Of a DNA stretch of 64,000 nucleotides, positions 39,272 through 49,162 are shown in pieces (within the stretch, counting starts at the first letter, position 1; every line of letters starts with the position of its first letter). A program made the translations under genes and the position numbers. Location of the stretch: the NCBI GenBank assembly GCA_036149055.1, contig JAYZQJ010000128.1, positions 32,001 through 96,000 of the forward strand. The letters are read 5' to 3'. The notes beneath the pieces were generated by a model. It was not told the DNA's origin, searched no databases, and was given only the letters and a program-made list of their open reading frames with translations. Origin of the DNA: Myxococcota bacterium. GTDB taxonomy: Bacteria; Myxococcota_A; Polyangia; Polyangiales; Sandaracinaceae.

Positions 39272-39985
39272 TCAGGGATTCACGGCGCACGCGGGATCGT
39301 CTTCCCACATGCACATGGAGTTGCACAGCCGGTCGGTGCCGGTAGGCGGATCGCACTGTCGTGAGCCAGGGCTGCATTCCCCGCGGGGCACCACGACGGC
39401 CCAATCCCCCCAACTGCAGTCCACCTGACAGATCCTCTGGTTCACCCCACACCGGCCGCGGTCCATCATCTCCGTCTCGCCTGGGGCACACGGCCCCTCG
39501 TTGAGGCAGTCCGAGGTCGACATCCAGGTTGCGTCCGTGCAGCGCTGGGCCATCTCGCCGCAGTTCCCGCACGTGATGACGCGCATCTCGTCCGCCGTCT
39601 CGCACAGACAGTCGGTGGGTGCCGTGCAGGCAGCCCACTCACCGTCGGTGCAGGTCTCGGTTCCATCACCGCAGGCGTTGCTGCAGTCGCGCTCGGCGTC
39701 CGCCCCGACGGCGGCATCCGCCGGATCACAGTCACTGTCGTCGGGTACACCGTCGCCATCGCCGTCCGGCGGGCCCGCGTCCATCGACGAGCCCGCATCG
39801 ACGCCGCCGTCGTCGTCGGGGCCGGCGTCAGGGGCCGACGCGTCCATCGATTCCGGGAGCCCAGAGTCCGCCGCCACGCCCGAGTCCGTGGCCTCGGGCG
39901 ACGCGTCATCGCACGCCACGTAGAAGAGCATCGCGCACAGGACCGTCACCCTCGTATCGAGCACCTTCATCACTACTCCGTCCAT
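39272..39985 (-). CDS. Cys-rich lipoprotein with DAG linker
   Basis: Lipobox YVA-C; DGDGDGVPDDSDCDP; repeated C-G-x-C-G modules. Confidence 0.8.
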   Translation of the reverse strand: MDGVVMKVLDTRVTVLCAMLFYVACDDASPEATDSGVAADSGLPESMDASAPDAGPDDDGGVDAGSSMDAGPPDGDGDGVPDDSDCDPADAAVGADAERDCSNACGDGTETCTDGEWAACTAPTDCLCETADEMRVITCGNCGEMAQRCTDATWMSTSDCLNEGPCAPGETEMMDRGRCGVNQRICQVDCSWGDWAVVVPRGECSPGSRQCDPPTGTDRLCNSMCMWEDDPACAVNP

Positions 39986-40129
39986 CAGGACGACCGCTTC
40001 CGGTCGTCACGGTACGCCAAGAAGGCTGGATATTGACAGGAAGGTTCGCTTCTGGAAAGCACGCTTCTCCACGCAGCGCTGGAGGACGCGTCCGTTGACG
40101 ACGCCGCGAGGAGGCACCAGCATCCCGCG

Positions 40130-40615
40130 ATGCTGTCGATCGACGCCGTCACGCGCGCCCTCCTCGGGGACGACCCTCCGCGGGTCGAGTCCGACGATTA
40201 CGACGTCTGGGGTCGGGAGGGCACCACGCCGCACTACGTGGCGCTCGTGCCCGAGCCGGTCGAGGACACCGCGGAGGCGCTCGTCGAGGCGGCGGAGTCG
40301 ATCCTCGAGGCGTTCGGCGACGAGGCGGGGCTGCTCCCGGGGTTTCGCCACTACTACGACGGCAGGATCGAGGAGGCCGAGATCCGCCGGGGCGCGCGAG
40401 GCTTCGTCATCTCCGGGACGGTGGTGTCGGTCGACGGCGACGAGGCGATGTGGTTCGACGCGGCGATCACCGCCGTGCCCGAGGGTCCGGTGATCGCGGT
40501 GGCCTTCTCCCACCAGCCCCGGCGCGCCGAAGATCCGACGCTCGACCTCGACGCGCTCGACCTCGGGGCGCTGCGCTCGGAGCGCTACGCGAGCTTCACC
40601 GTCGGCGCCGGCTGA
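40130..40615 (+). CDS. Hypothetical acidic protein
   Basis: 161-aa ORF with host-like codon usage filling the gap; no motif recognised. Confidence 0.65.
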   Translation: MLSIDAVTRALLGDDPPRVESDDYDVWGREGTTPHYVALVPEPVEDTAEALVEAAESILEAFGDEAGLLPGFRHYYDGRIEEAEIRRGARGFVISGTVVSVDGDEAMWFDAAITAVPEGPVIAVAFSHQPRRAEDPTLDLDALDLGALRSERYASFTVGAG

Positions 40616-40673
40616 GGGTCGCGGGAGGCCGCGGTAACCGAGCTTCGAGTCGCGAATACGCGGAGGTGACTCG

Positions 40674-41540
40674 ATGGACGCAACGCCCAAGCCGCTCTTC
40701 GCCTCCGCGCTCACCGCCGCGGCGCTCGTCGCGTTCGCGGCGAACTCGGTGCTGTGCCGGCTGGCGCTGGCGGACGGCTCGATCGACCCGTGGGCGTTCA
40801 CCGGGCTGCGCATCGGAGCGGGGGCGGTGACGCTGCTGCTCCTGGCGATGCGGCGCGATCGCGGCGACGCCGGGTGGGCGGACTGGCGGCGCGCGGCGCT
40901 CCTGCTCGTCTACGCGCTGCCCTTCTCGCTCGCCTATGTGGCCCTCGATACGGGCACCGGCGCGCTGCTCCTGTTCGGCGCGGTGCAGGCGACGATGCTC
41001 CTGCTCGGCATGCGCGCGGGGGAGCGGCCGGGCGCGCTTGAGTGGGGGGGGCTGCTCGGCGCGTTCGGCGGGCTGATCTACCTGGTCTCCCCCGGGCTCA
41101 GCGCCCCCGATCCGCTGGCCGCGGGGCTCATGATCGCGGCGGGGATCGGCTGGGGCGCGTACTCGGTGGCCGGCAAGGGCGCGGGCGAACCCCTGCGGGT
41201 CACCGCGAGCGCCTTCGCCCGGGCCGCGCTGCTGCTCGCGCCCATCCTGCTGATCACGCACCTACGGGTACAGGACGGATTGCACGTCGAGCCGAGCGGG
41301 GCCGCGCTGGCGGTCGTCTCCGGCGCGGTCACCTCGGGCGTGGGCTACGCCGTCTGGTACGCAGCCTTACGCCACCTCACGGCGACCCGCGCCGCGCTGC
41401 TCCAGCTCTCGGTCCCGGTCATCGCCGCCGCGGGCGGCGTCGCCCTGCTCGCCGAGGCGATCACGCCGCGGCTCGCCATCGCGGGGATCGTGATCCTCGG
41501 GAGCATCGGCCTCGGCGTGCTCGGCCGAGCCCGCGCTTGA
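40674..41540 (+). CDS. DMT/EamA family transporter
   Basis: GGAGG RBS; ~10 TM segments; FAANSVLCRLAL, GYAVWYAAL, QLSVPVIAA. Confidence 0.9.
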   Translation: MDATPKPLFASALTAAALVAFAANSVLCRLALADGSIDPWAFTGLRIGAGAVTLLLLAMRRDRGDAGWADWRRAALLLVYALPFSLAYVALDTGTGALLLFGAVQATMLLLGMRAGERPGALEWGGLLGAFGGLIYLVSPGLSAPDPLAAGLMIAAGIGWGAYSVAGKGAGEPLRVTASAFARAALLLAPILLITHLRVQDGLHVEPSGAALAVVSGAVTSGVGYAVWYAALRHLTATRAALLQLSVPVIAAAGGVALLAEAITPRLAIAGIVILGSIGLGVLGRARA

Positions 41541-41603
41541 TCGTCCCGCGGGCGCTCGCGCTCTGCCCATCGAGCCCGGGTTCGGGCCCGAGAATCCTCG
41601 CTC

Positions 41604-41651
41604 GCTCAGCCATCCAACCCAGGTCCTGCTCAGCCATCCAACCCAGGTCCT
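41604..41651. repeat. 24-bp perfect tandem duplication downstream of the HUH transposase gene
   Basis: gctcagccatccaacccaggtcct twice. Confidence 0.9.
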
Positions 41652-41843
41652 GCCCGAAATTCTCACTCGCGCCCCGCCCCGCGGCGGGGCTCGACCGGGC
41701 TCCTGGGTGCCCGACGCTGGTTCGCGACCTCGATCCCGCGTCTCCGCCTCGATCTCGTGCACACACAGCGGATTTGTCCGGAGTACCCTCGGGAGCGCAC
41801 GCACCGATGCGCGGCTCGAGCCGTCATCGAGCCGCGCAGGAGC

Positions 41844-43112
41844 CTAGTTTTCGGAGGCTGGGTCCGGCGGCTCGTCGTCGTCCCGCGCGTCGCGAGGGGA
41901 GGGGCGGGGCGGCGTCGCGCGGCCGACCTCGCGGAGCGTGACCACCTTCTTTCCGGCTTCGAGCGCGACCTTCGGGGAGTCGCGGCGGTCGACGGTGGCC
42001 TCCGTCGTCGCGTCCAGCCGGGTGGCGAGGTCGTCGTCGAGCGCCTCCTCGTCGACCTGAGAGGCGAGCGCGCGCACGCGTCCGATGATGGCGTCCCGAA
42101 GCTCCTCGGTCAGTCGCTCGTCGACGTCTTCGAAGCGCTCGCCCACCGCGAGCACGGAGTCCTCCGCCGGCGGCTCCACCTCGGCTCCGAACTGGACCTT
42201 CATCAGATACGTACCCGCCGGGAACACGGCCGGCTCTCCCCGACGGACGCTCTCCCGCGCCCGGTCGTACGCCTCACCGAACGCCTTCACCTCACGCTTG
42301 CACAGCGCCTCGAGCTCGTCGTCGTCCACCACCATGAAGGTCTCGACCGGGCCGGGCTTGGGCTTCTTCCGGGGCGCCGCCGGCTCGGCCCACGGGTGCT
42401 GGGCCAGGAGCCGGGTCGCGCCGAGCACCGGGCGCTTCCGCGCCGCCGCGTGCGCGCGCTCGGCGTCGCTCCGCGACTTCCGGATCGTGTAGATCGTGCG
42501 CACCGTGCCGAGCACCCGCTTCAGCTCGGGGACCATGCCGAAGCGGAGCTTCGACGTCTCCGGCCACACGCGCGGGTTCAGCCCGAACGGCGGCCGCGCG
42601 AGCTTCAACGACGCGCCGGCCATCATGCCCGGATCGCTGGTGAACCCCGGGTAGTGCTCGACCTTCTCCACCAGGCCGTCCTTCACCACCTGGATGTCGG
42701 AGTAGTGCAGCCACTCCAGCATCGCGGCCGCGTTCACGAGCTGCTTCTGGTGCGCCTGCCCGCTGCCGAAGACGAGCTTCGGCGCCTCGAACCCCCGCCT
42801 CTCCAGGGCCTTCTTCACGAAGCCGCCGACCTCCCCGTGGAACAGCCGCTTGAGCGTCGGGAGGTTCGCCACGGTGACCGTGACCACGTAGTGGATGTGG
42901 TTCGGCTCGATGGTGGCCTGATGGAGGATCGCGCCCGTCTTTCGCACCGCCTCGGCCAGGAAGTAGAGGATCCACGCGTGCAGCTGCGGCGCGAACGGCG
43001 TCAGCAGCAGCTTCCGAAAGAGGCAAGGCACGGTGACGGCGTACGTCGCCGGCGCCTGGATCTTCGCGCGGGTCACGGCGCGCTGCAGACACTCAAGATT
43101 CGATCCGCCCAC
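41844..43112 (-). mobile_element. Divergent Y1/HUH transposase, REP-associated tyrosine transposase (RAYT)-like
   Basis: TYAVTVPC, NHIHYVV (HUH), LHY...VVKDGLV...YPG, C-terminal FPAGTY; start may be GTG at 43076. Confidence 0.72.
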
Positions 43113-43265
43113 GATCGGGGCGGATCGACTCCGAAGTCACGGCTCGAGGGTGGCGGTCCGCCGGCCGAGGGGTGGCGGCCGCCACCGAAAGGCGCCTCCG
43201 AGGGAATTGCTGCCCGCGTTCAGCGTATTCACGCGGCAACTCCCCTTTTGGAGACGGAGACGGAC

Positions 43266-44210
43266 GTGACGAGCCAGCTACGGGCCCTGCGCGACGACGC
43301 GCGGTTTCAGCACTTCATCACCGCGGTGATCCTCTTCGCGGGCTTCCTCGTGGGGCTCGAGACGTATCCGTCGGTGGTCCACGCGCACCACGGGATCCTG
43401 CACCTGCTCGACCAGGTGGTGCTGTGGATCTTCGTGGCCGAGGTGGCGGTGAAGATGGGCGCCGAGGGGCGGCGGCCGTGGCGCTACTTCCGTGATCCGT
43501 GGAACGTCTTCGACTTCGTGGTCGTGGCGGCGAGCTTCCTGCCCTTCGCCGGTCAGATGGTGGTCGTGCTCCGGCTGGTCCGCCTGCTGCGCGTCCTGAA
43601 GCTCGTCCGGGCGCTCCCGCGGCTACAGCTGCTGGTGAGCGCGCTGCTCAAGAGCATCCCGTCGATGGCCTACGTGTCGGTGCTGCTCTTCTTGCTGTTC
43701 TACGTCTACGGCGTCGCCGCGGTGTTCCTCTTCGGCGAGAACGACCCGGTGCACTTCGGCTCGCTCCAGGTGGCGCTGCTCTCGCTCTTCCGCGCGGTCA
43801 CCCTCGAGGACTGGACCGACCTCATGTACATCCAGATGCAGGGCTGCGCGGGCTACGGCTACGACGGCATGGCTGCGCTCTGCACGCAGTCCACCGCGCA
43901 CCCGATCGTCTCGCCGGTGTTCTTCGTCTCGTTCGTGCTGCTCGGCACGATGATCATCCTCAACCTCTTCATCGGCGTCATCATGAGCGGCATGGAGGAG
44001 GCGCAACAGGAGGCCCAGGACGAGGCGCGCGCGCTCGCCGGCGACGAGGCGCCCTCGTCGATGGAGCTGTCCGACCTGGTCCGCCAGCTCGGCGATCTCC
44101 AGGACGCCCTGTCCCGGGCCCAGCGTCGGGTGGCCCGCGAGGAGCGCGAGGCCCGCCGCCCGGTCTCCGACGCCCCGCCCCCGATGGTGATGCTCGACCC
44201 GGCCGAGTGA
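43266..44210 (+). CDS. Voltage-gated cation channel (BacNav/NaChBac-like)
   Basis: 3' part of ORF 41757..44210; DPWNVFDF, S4 LRLVRLLRVLKLVR, filter TLEDWTD, LNLFIGVI, C-terminal coiled coil. Confidence 0.92.
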   Translation: MTSQLRALRDDARFQHFITAVILFAGFLVGLETYPSVVHAHHGILHLLDQVVLWIFVAEVAVKMGAEGRRPWRYFRDPWNVFDFVVVAASFLPFAGQMVVVLRLVRLLRVLKLVRALPRLQLLVSALLKSIPSMAYVSVLLFLLFYVYGVAAVFLFGENDPVHFGSLQVALLSLFRAVTLEDWTDLMYIQMQGCAGYGYDGMAALCTQSTAHPIVSPVFFVSFVLLGTMIILNLFIGVIMSGMEEAQQEAQDEARALAGDEAPSSMELSDLVRQLGDLQDALSRAQRRVAREEREARRPVSDAPPPMVMLDPAE

Positions 44211-44213
44211 TCC

Positions 44214-44579
44214 TCAGCGATACGGGGCCGAGGCGGGGTCCGGCTTCACGACCAGGCGCGTCTGGACCGGGAAGGTGGCGTTGGCGGGCATCGTGACCAC
44301 GGTGCACGCGAGCACGCGCCCGAGGAGCGCCCGCTCGAGCCGGAGCGTCTCGGGCGGCTCCTCGGCCAGCTGCGACAGCTCGCGCACGCCGTCGTCGCCC
44401 ATCGCGTGCAGCGCCCAGCCGGGGGCGTAGACGATCTCGGTCTCGAGGTCGTCGACGATCGGCTGCTTGGGGCGCCGGAGCAGCGGGCCGGCCCCACCCT
44501 TCGGCGCGAGGTACCAGCGCACGCGCACGCGGTGCCCGACCGGGACCGGGCAGGCGAAGTGAAGCCGGATGACCTCCAC
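44214..44579 (-). CDS. Hypothetical protein
   Basis: 121-aa ORF with plausible composition; no motif recognised. Confidence 0.6.
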   Translation of the reverse strand: MEVIRLHFACPVPVGHRVRVRWYLAPKGGAGPLLRRPKQPIVDDLETEIVYAPGWALHAMGDDGVRELSQLAEEPPETLRLERALLGRVLACTVVTMPANATFPVQTRLVVKPDPASAPYR

Positions 44580-44644
44580 GTCATCATGGTAGCGGCCGCG
44601 GAAAAGTTGGGGGGCGGAGATCGCGGGATCAGGATGCGCGCGAG

Positions 44645-45886
44645 GTGAGAGAGCCGGGAAAGAGTCCGTCGTTCTGGGACGCGTTCCGCGATCCGCGCCT
44701 GGCGCTGATGCTCGGCCTCGGCTTCTCGTCCGGGCTGCCGAACCCGCTGACCGGCAGCACGATGACGGCGTGGCTCGACACGTTCGACGTCGACATGGCC
44801 ACGATCGGCTTCTTCGCCTGGGTGCACCTGCCGTTCAACTTCAAGTTCGTCTGGGCCCCGGTGATGGACCGCTTCTCCTTGCCCTGGGGCGGGCGGCGGC
44901 GCGGCTGGATGCTGCTCACCCAGCTGGTGATCCTGGTGAGCGTCGGGGTGATGGGCAGCTTCGACCCCAAGGCCGCGCCGTGGCTGGTCGCGGGGCTGGC
45001 CGTCTGGACGGCGTTCTTCACCGCCTCGCAGGACATCGCGGTCGACGCCTTCCGGACCGATCTCCTGCCACGGGAGGAGCGCGCGAGCGGGACCGCGATC
45101 TTCGTGGCCGCCTATCGCGGCGCGCTGATCGTCGCCGGCGCGGGCGCGCTGATCCTCAGCGATCACCTGCCCTGGTCGACGGTCTACTGGATCCTCGCGG
45201 CGCTGATGTCGGTCGGCATCCTGACCACGCTGCTCTCGCCCGAGCCCGAGACCCAGGCGCAGGCGCCGAAGACCCTGGTCGACGCGGTGTGGAGGCCGCT
45301 GAAGGAGCTGGTCACCCGGCGCGACATCGGCGTCTACCTGGCGATCATCATGCTCTACAAGGCGGGCGACGTGGTCGCCGGCCACTTCCTGATCCCGTTC
45401 CTCACCGACACCGGCTTCTCGCGCAGCGAGATCGGCGCGGTGTTCAAGGGCCTCGGCCTCGCGGCGACGATCTTCGGCGCGCTGCTCGGCGGCGGCCTGG
45501 TCGCGAAGTGGGGGCTCCGGCGCGCGCTCATCGTCTTCGGCGTGGCCCAGGCGATCGCGAACCTCCTCTACTGCTGGCTCGCCTTCGCCGGGAAGGACTA
45601 CGCGCTGATGACGACGGCGATCACCGTCGATCATCTGATGAACGGCATGGGCACCGCGGCGTTCGTCGCCTTCCTCATGACCCTCTGCGACAAGCGCTTC
45701 ACCGCGATGCAGTACGCGATCTTCTCGAGCCTGATGACCGTGCCCGGCCGCGTGCTCGGCGGCTTCTCCGGCTTCCTGCAGGAGAGCGTCGGCTGGCCCG
45801 GCTTCTTCCTCACCACCATCGTGCTCGCGGCCCCCGCCGTGCTGCTGCTCAGCGTGGTCGAGATCAGGGAGCCCGAGTCGCAATGA
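44645..45886 (+). CDS. ampG: AmpG-family muropeptide MFS permease
   Basis: LGFSSGLP, KFVWAP, GRRRGWML, ASQDIAVDA, FTAMQYAIFSSL. Confidence 0.9.
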   Translation: MREPGKSPSFWDAFRDPRLALMLGLGFSSGLPNPLTGSTMTAWLDTFDVDMATIGFFAWVHLPFNFKFVWAPVMDRFSLPWGGRRRGWMLLTQLVILVSVGVMGSFDPKAAPWLVAGLAVWTAFFTASQDIAVDAFRTDLLPREERASGTAIFVAAYRGALIVAGAGALILSDHLPWSTVYWILAALMSVGILTTLLSPEPETQAQAPKTLVDAVWRPLKELVTRRDIGVYLAIIMLYKAGDVVAGHFLIPFLTDTGFSRSEIGAVFKGLGLAATIFGALLGGGLVAKWGLRRALIVFGVAQAIANLLYCWLAFAGKDYALMTTAITVDHLMNGMGTAAFVAFLMTLCDKRFTAMQYAIFSSLMTVPGRVLGGFSGFLQESVGWPGFFLTTIVLAAPAVLLLSVVEIREPESQ

Positions 45887-46911
45887 GCCCCGAAGAGATC
45901 TTGAAGCGCGCGGTCGAGCGGGGGGATCCGCCGGCGGCGGCGGCGTGCGCGCTCCATCGCGGGGCGGTGGTCTTCGAGGCGGCGTTCGGGGCGGAGCCGG
46001 ACAGCGTCTTCGACGTGGCGTCGGTGACGAAGGTGGCGGCGACGACGAGCGTGATCGCGACGCTGGCGCGGGACGGCGCGCTCGGGCTCGACGACGCGGT
46101 CGCGACGCATCTGCCGGCGTTCGGGCGGCGCGGCAAGGCGCGGGTGACCGTGCGGGAGCTGCTCGGGCACCGCTCGGGGCTGCCGGCGTGGGCGCCGCTG
46201 TTCCTCGGCGGCGACGTGATGGAGGGCGTGTTCGACGCGCGGCTCGAGACGCCGGGGCGGCGCGTCTACTCGGACCTCGGCTTCCTCGCGCTCGGCGCGA
46301 TGGTGGAGGCGATCTGCGGAGACCTCGCCGAGGCCTGCCGGGCGAGGGTCTGGGGGCCGCTCGGGATCGCCGACCTCGGCTACGCGGGCGCGTGGCTCGA
46401 CGGAAGGCACGTGCTCCCGACCGGCACGACCCGCCCGCGCGAGCCGGCGCCGGGGCAGGAGCACCTCTACGCGGTGCCGCCGCAGACGCCGGCCCCGGAT
46501 CCGGGCCAGGTCGACGACGACAACGCCTTCGCGCTCGGCGGGGTCGCCGGGCACGCCGGGGTGTTCGGCACCGCGCGCGCGGTCGCGACGCTGGGCGAGG
46601 CGTGGCGCACCGGGAAGATCGGCGGGCCGGAGTTCCTGTCGATCGACCCGGCCGAGGGGCCGCCGCGGGGGCTCGGCTTCGACGTGCCCACCGGGCCGCG
46701 CTCGAGCTTCGGGAGCGCGCTCGGCCGCGGGCGCGCGTTCGGCCACCTCGGCTTCACCGGCTGCTCGCTCTGGATCGACCTCGACCGCGAGGTCACGGTC
46801 GCGCTCCTCACCAACCGCACCTTCCCCGGGCGCCACCGGGTCGACGGAATCCGCGCCCTACGCCCCGCCTTCCACGACGCCCTCGCGGCGCAGCTGGACG
46901 AGCGCGCGTAG
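45883..46911 (+). CDS. Serine hydrolase, beta-lactamase family
   Basis: ATGA overlap with ampG; SVTK (SxxK), LLGHRSGL, YSD, GHAG, GHLGFTG. Confidence 0.9.
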   Translation: MSPEEILKRAVERGDPPAAAACALHRGAVVFEAAFGAEPDSVFDVASVTKVAATTSVIATLARDGALGLDDAVATHLPAFGRRGKARVTVRELLGHRSGLPAWAPLFLGGDVMEGVFDARLETPGRRVYSDLGFLALGAMVEAICGDLAEACRARVWGPLGIADLGYAGAWLDGRHVLPTGTTRPREPAPGQEHLYAVPPQTPAPDPGQVDDDNAFALGGVAGHAGVFGTARAVATLGEAWRTGKIGGPEFLSIDPAEGPPRGLGFDVPTGPRSSFGSALGRGRAFGHLGFTGCSLWIDLDREVTVALLTNRTFPGRHRVDGIRALRPAFHDALAAQLDERA

Positions 46912-47295
46912 CCGGGGCTCGTCCTCGCCGACGACCTGGAAGCCGAGCGCGCGGTAGAAGGCGACCGGCGCCGGGGACGCGTCGGTCAGCAGGGTGAAGC
47001 GGGAGATCTCCGGGTGGTCGGCGAGGCAGCGCTCGACGAGCGCCCGACCGATCCCGCGCCGCTGGTGCGAGGGCGCGACGAGCAGGTCGTGCACGAAGCA
47101 GAGGAAGACCGCGTCCGCGCTCGCCCGGATCAGCCCGACCAGCGCGTCGCCGTCCCAGGCCGCGCGCACGTAGGTCGAGGCCTCGATCGCGCGCCGCAGC
47201 CGGGCCGGGTCGGCGGCGTGCCCGGTCCAGCCGACCGACGCGTAGAGCGCGGCCAGCGCGTGGTCGTCCGGGAGGTCGGGGAGGATCTTCGTCAT
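46858..47295 (-). CDS. GNAT family N-acetyltransferase
   Basis: LLVAPSHQRRGIGRAL, FYRALGF. Confidence 0.88.
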   Translation of the reverse strand: MTKILPDLPDDHALAALYASVGWTGHAADPARLRRAIEASTYVRAAWDGDALVGLIRASADAVFLCFVHDLLVAPSHQRRGIGRALVERCLADHPEISRFTLLTDASPAPVAFYRALGFQVVGEDEPRLRALVQLRREGVVEGGA

Positions 47296-47324
47296 TTCGG
47301 CATCCTTGGTGAGACGATGGTGGC

Positions 47325-49118
47325 ATGGACACCATCGTCGAGGGGGGCCCGGGGCCGGTGCCGTTCGAGGCGCCGCTGCTCGATCCGGGCGACGAGCGCT
47401 ACACCGTGGAGGGCGAGATCGGGCGCGGGGGCGTGGGCACGGTGCTGCTCTGCGCGGACCGCCAGATCGGGCGCCGGGTGGCGCTCAAGGCGCTGCGCGA
47501 CCCGGGGCCGGACCGGGAGGCGGGCTTCGTGCGCTTCATCCGCGAGGCGCGCATCCAGGGCCAGCTCGAGCATCCGTCGGTGGTGCCGGTGCACGACCTC
47601 GCGGTGCACGACGAGCTCGGCGTGTACTTCACGATGCAGCGGGTGAAGGGGATCACCCTGCACGAGCTGCTGCGCCGCCTGGGCGACGGCGACCGGGACA
47701 GCGCCGTGCACTGGTCCCGGCGGCGGCTGCTCGAGGCGTTCGGCCGGGTCTGCCTCGCGGTGGACTACGCACACCAGCACGGCGTCTTGCACCGCGATCT
47801 CAAGCCCGCGAACATCATGTTCGGCGACTTCGGTGAGGTCTACGTGCTCGACTGGGGGCTCGCGGGGCTCGACCCGAGCCGGGACGCCGCGGTCGATCTC
47901 GGCGGCGACGAGGAGACCACGCGGCCGGGCATGATCTTCGGGACGCCGGGGTACATGCCGCCCGAGCAGGTGCACGGCTTCCACGACCGGCTCTCGCCGG
48001 CCAGCGACGTGTACGCGCTGGGCGCGATCCTCTTCGAGCTGCTCACCTTCACCCCGCTGCACGAGGGGGACACCCCCGAGGCGCGCTACGCGTCGACGAT
48101 CGGCCGGCTCGACGCCCGCCCCTCGAGCCGGGCCCCGGGCGCCTACGTGCCGCCGGAGCTCGAGGCGATCGTGGTGCGCGCGGTCGACCGGCACCCGGAG
48201 GAGCGCTTCCCGAGCGCGCGGGCCTTGCAGCGGGCGATCGAGCGCTACCTCGACGGCGAGCAGGAGGAGGAGCAGCGGCGCAAGCTCGCCACCCGGCACG
48301 CGGAGATCGCGAAGGACGCGGCGGAGAGCCTGCGCGAGGATCCCGACGACCGGCCGACCCGCGAGGAGGCGCTGCGCGAGCTCGGCCGGGCGCTCGCCCT
48401 CGACCCGTCGAACCGGGCCGCGCTCGAGACGCTGGTGGAGGTGATGGGGACGCCGCCGCGGCGGGTGCCGGCCGAGGTGAAGGCGCGGCACCAGGCGGAG
48501 CTCGACGCGCGGCTGCGCAAGGTCTCCCGGGCCGCGATGGCCGCCTACGCGAGCATGTTCGCCTACCTGCCGTTCATGGTCTGGGCCGGGCTGCGGGCCC
48601 CCGGGCCGATCGTCTGGCTCTACGCCTGGGTCGGCGCGGCGATCGCCATGTCCTTCGCGTGCTCGCGCTCCGAGGGGCCTCCGCAGCGCTGGGCGATGGC
48701 CGCGATGCTCTGCAGCAACGTCGGCATCGCCGCGACCGCCTCGATCTTCGGCCCGCTCTTCCTCACCCCGGCGGTGCTCGGGAGCAACACCGCGGCCTAC
48801 GCCCTCCACCTCGACGGCGCGCGCCGCTGGATCGCGATCGGCAGCGCGGTGGTGCTCCTGCTCGCGGTGACGATCCTGTTCTTCCTCGGCGTCTTGCCCG
48901 GCGCCTACGCGGTGGAGGGCGGCGCCCTCGTCATCGCGCCCGGCGCGGTGGAGCTGGTCCCGTCGGTCTACGCGCTCCTGCTCGTGCTCGGCCTCGGGGT
49001 GGTGCTGACCGGGTCCATCGTGACGGCCCAGACCCGCGACCAGCTGGTCCGGGCGGAGCTCGGCCTGCACGTCCAGCGCTGGCAGCTCTCGGCGCTCGCG
49101 CCGGCGGACCTACGTTGA
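47325..49118 (+). CDS. Ser/Thr protein kinase with C-terminal multi-TM domain
   Basis: GRGGVG, VALK, HRDLKPAN, DWG, GTPGYMPPE; 5-6 hydrophobic helices at the C-terminus. Confidence 0.93.
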   Translation: MDTIVEGGPGPVPFEAPLLDPGDERYTVEGEIGRGGVGTVLLCADRQIGRRVALKALRDPGPDREAGFVRFIREARIQGQLEHPSVVPVHDLAVHDELGVYFTMQRVKGITLHELLRRLGDGDRDSAVHWSRRRLLEAFGRVCLAVDYAHQHGVLHRDLKPANIMFGDFGEVYVLDWGLAGLDPSRDAAVDLGGDEETTRPGMIFGTPGYMPPEQVHGFHDRLSPASDVYALGAILFELLTFTPLHEGDTPEARYASTIGRLDARPSSRAPGAYVPPELEAIVVRAVDRHPEERFPSARALQRAIERYLDGEQEEEQRRKLATRHAEIAKDAAESLREDPDDRPTREEALRELGRALALDPSNRAALETLVEVMGTPPRRVPAEVKARHQAELDARLRKVSRAAMAAYASMFAYLPFMVWAGLRAPGPIVWLYAWVGAAIAMSFACSRSEGPPQRWAMAAMLCSNVGIAATASIFGPLFLTPAVLGSNTAAYALHLDGARRWIAIGSAVVLLLAVTILFFLGVLPGAYAVEGGALVIAPGAVELVPSVYALLLVLGLGVVLTGSIVTAQTRDQLVRAELGLHVQRWQLSALAPADLR

Positions 49119-49162
49119 CGAGGCTTGCAAACCGCGAGCGTGATACGAGATCTACGGACGAC

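Noticed and set aside
40033..40038. Perfect TTGACA as a plus-strand -35 box
   Set aside because: No convincing -10 element at 16-18 nt spacing.
35181..41651. 25-bp and 24-bp repeats as CRISPR remnants
   Set aside because: Only two abutting copies each, no spacers and no cas genes.
45883..46911. Antibiotic-resistance beta-lactamase
   Set aside because: No signal peptide; motifs fit the broader serine hydrolase family coupled to ampG.
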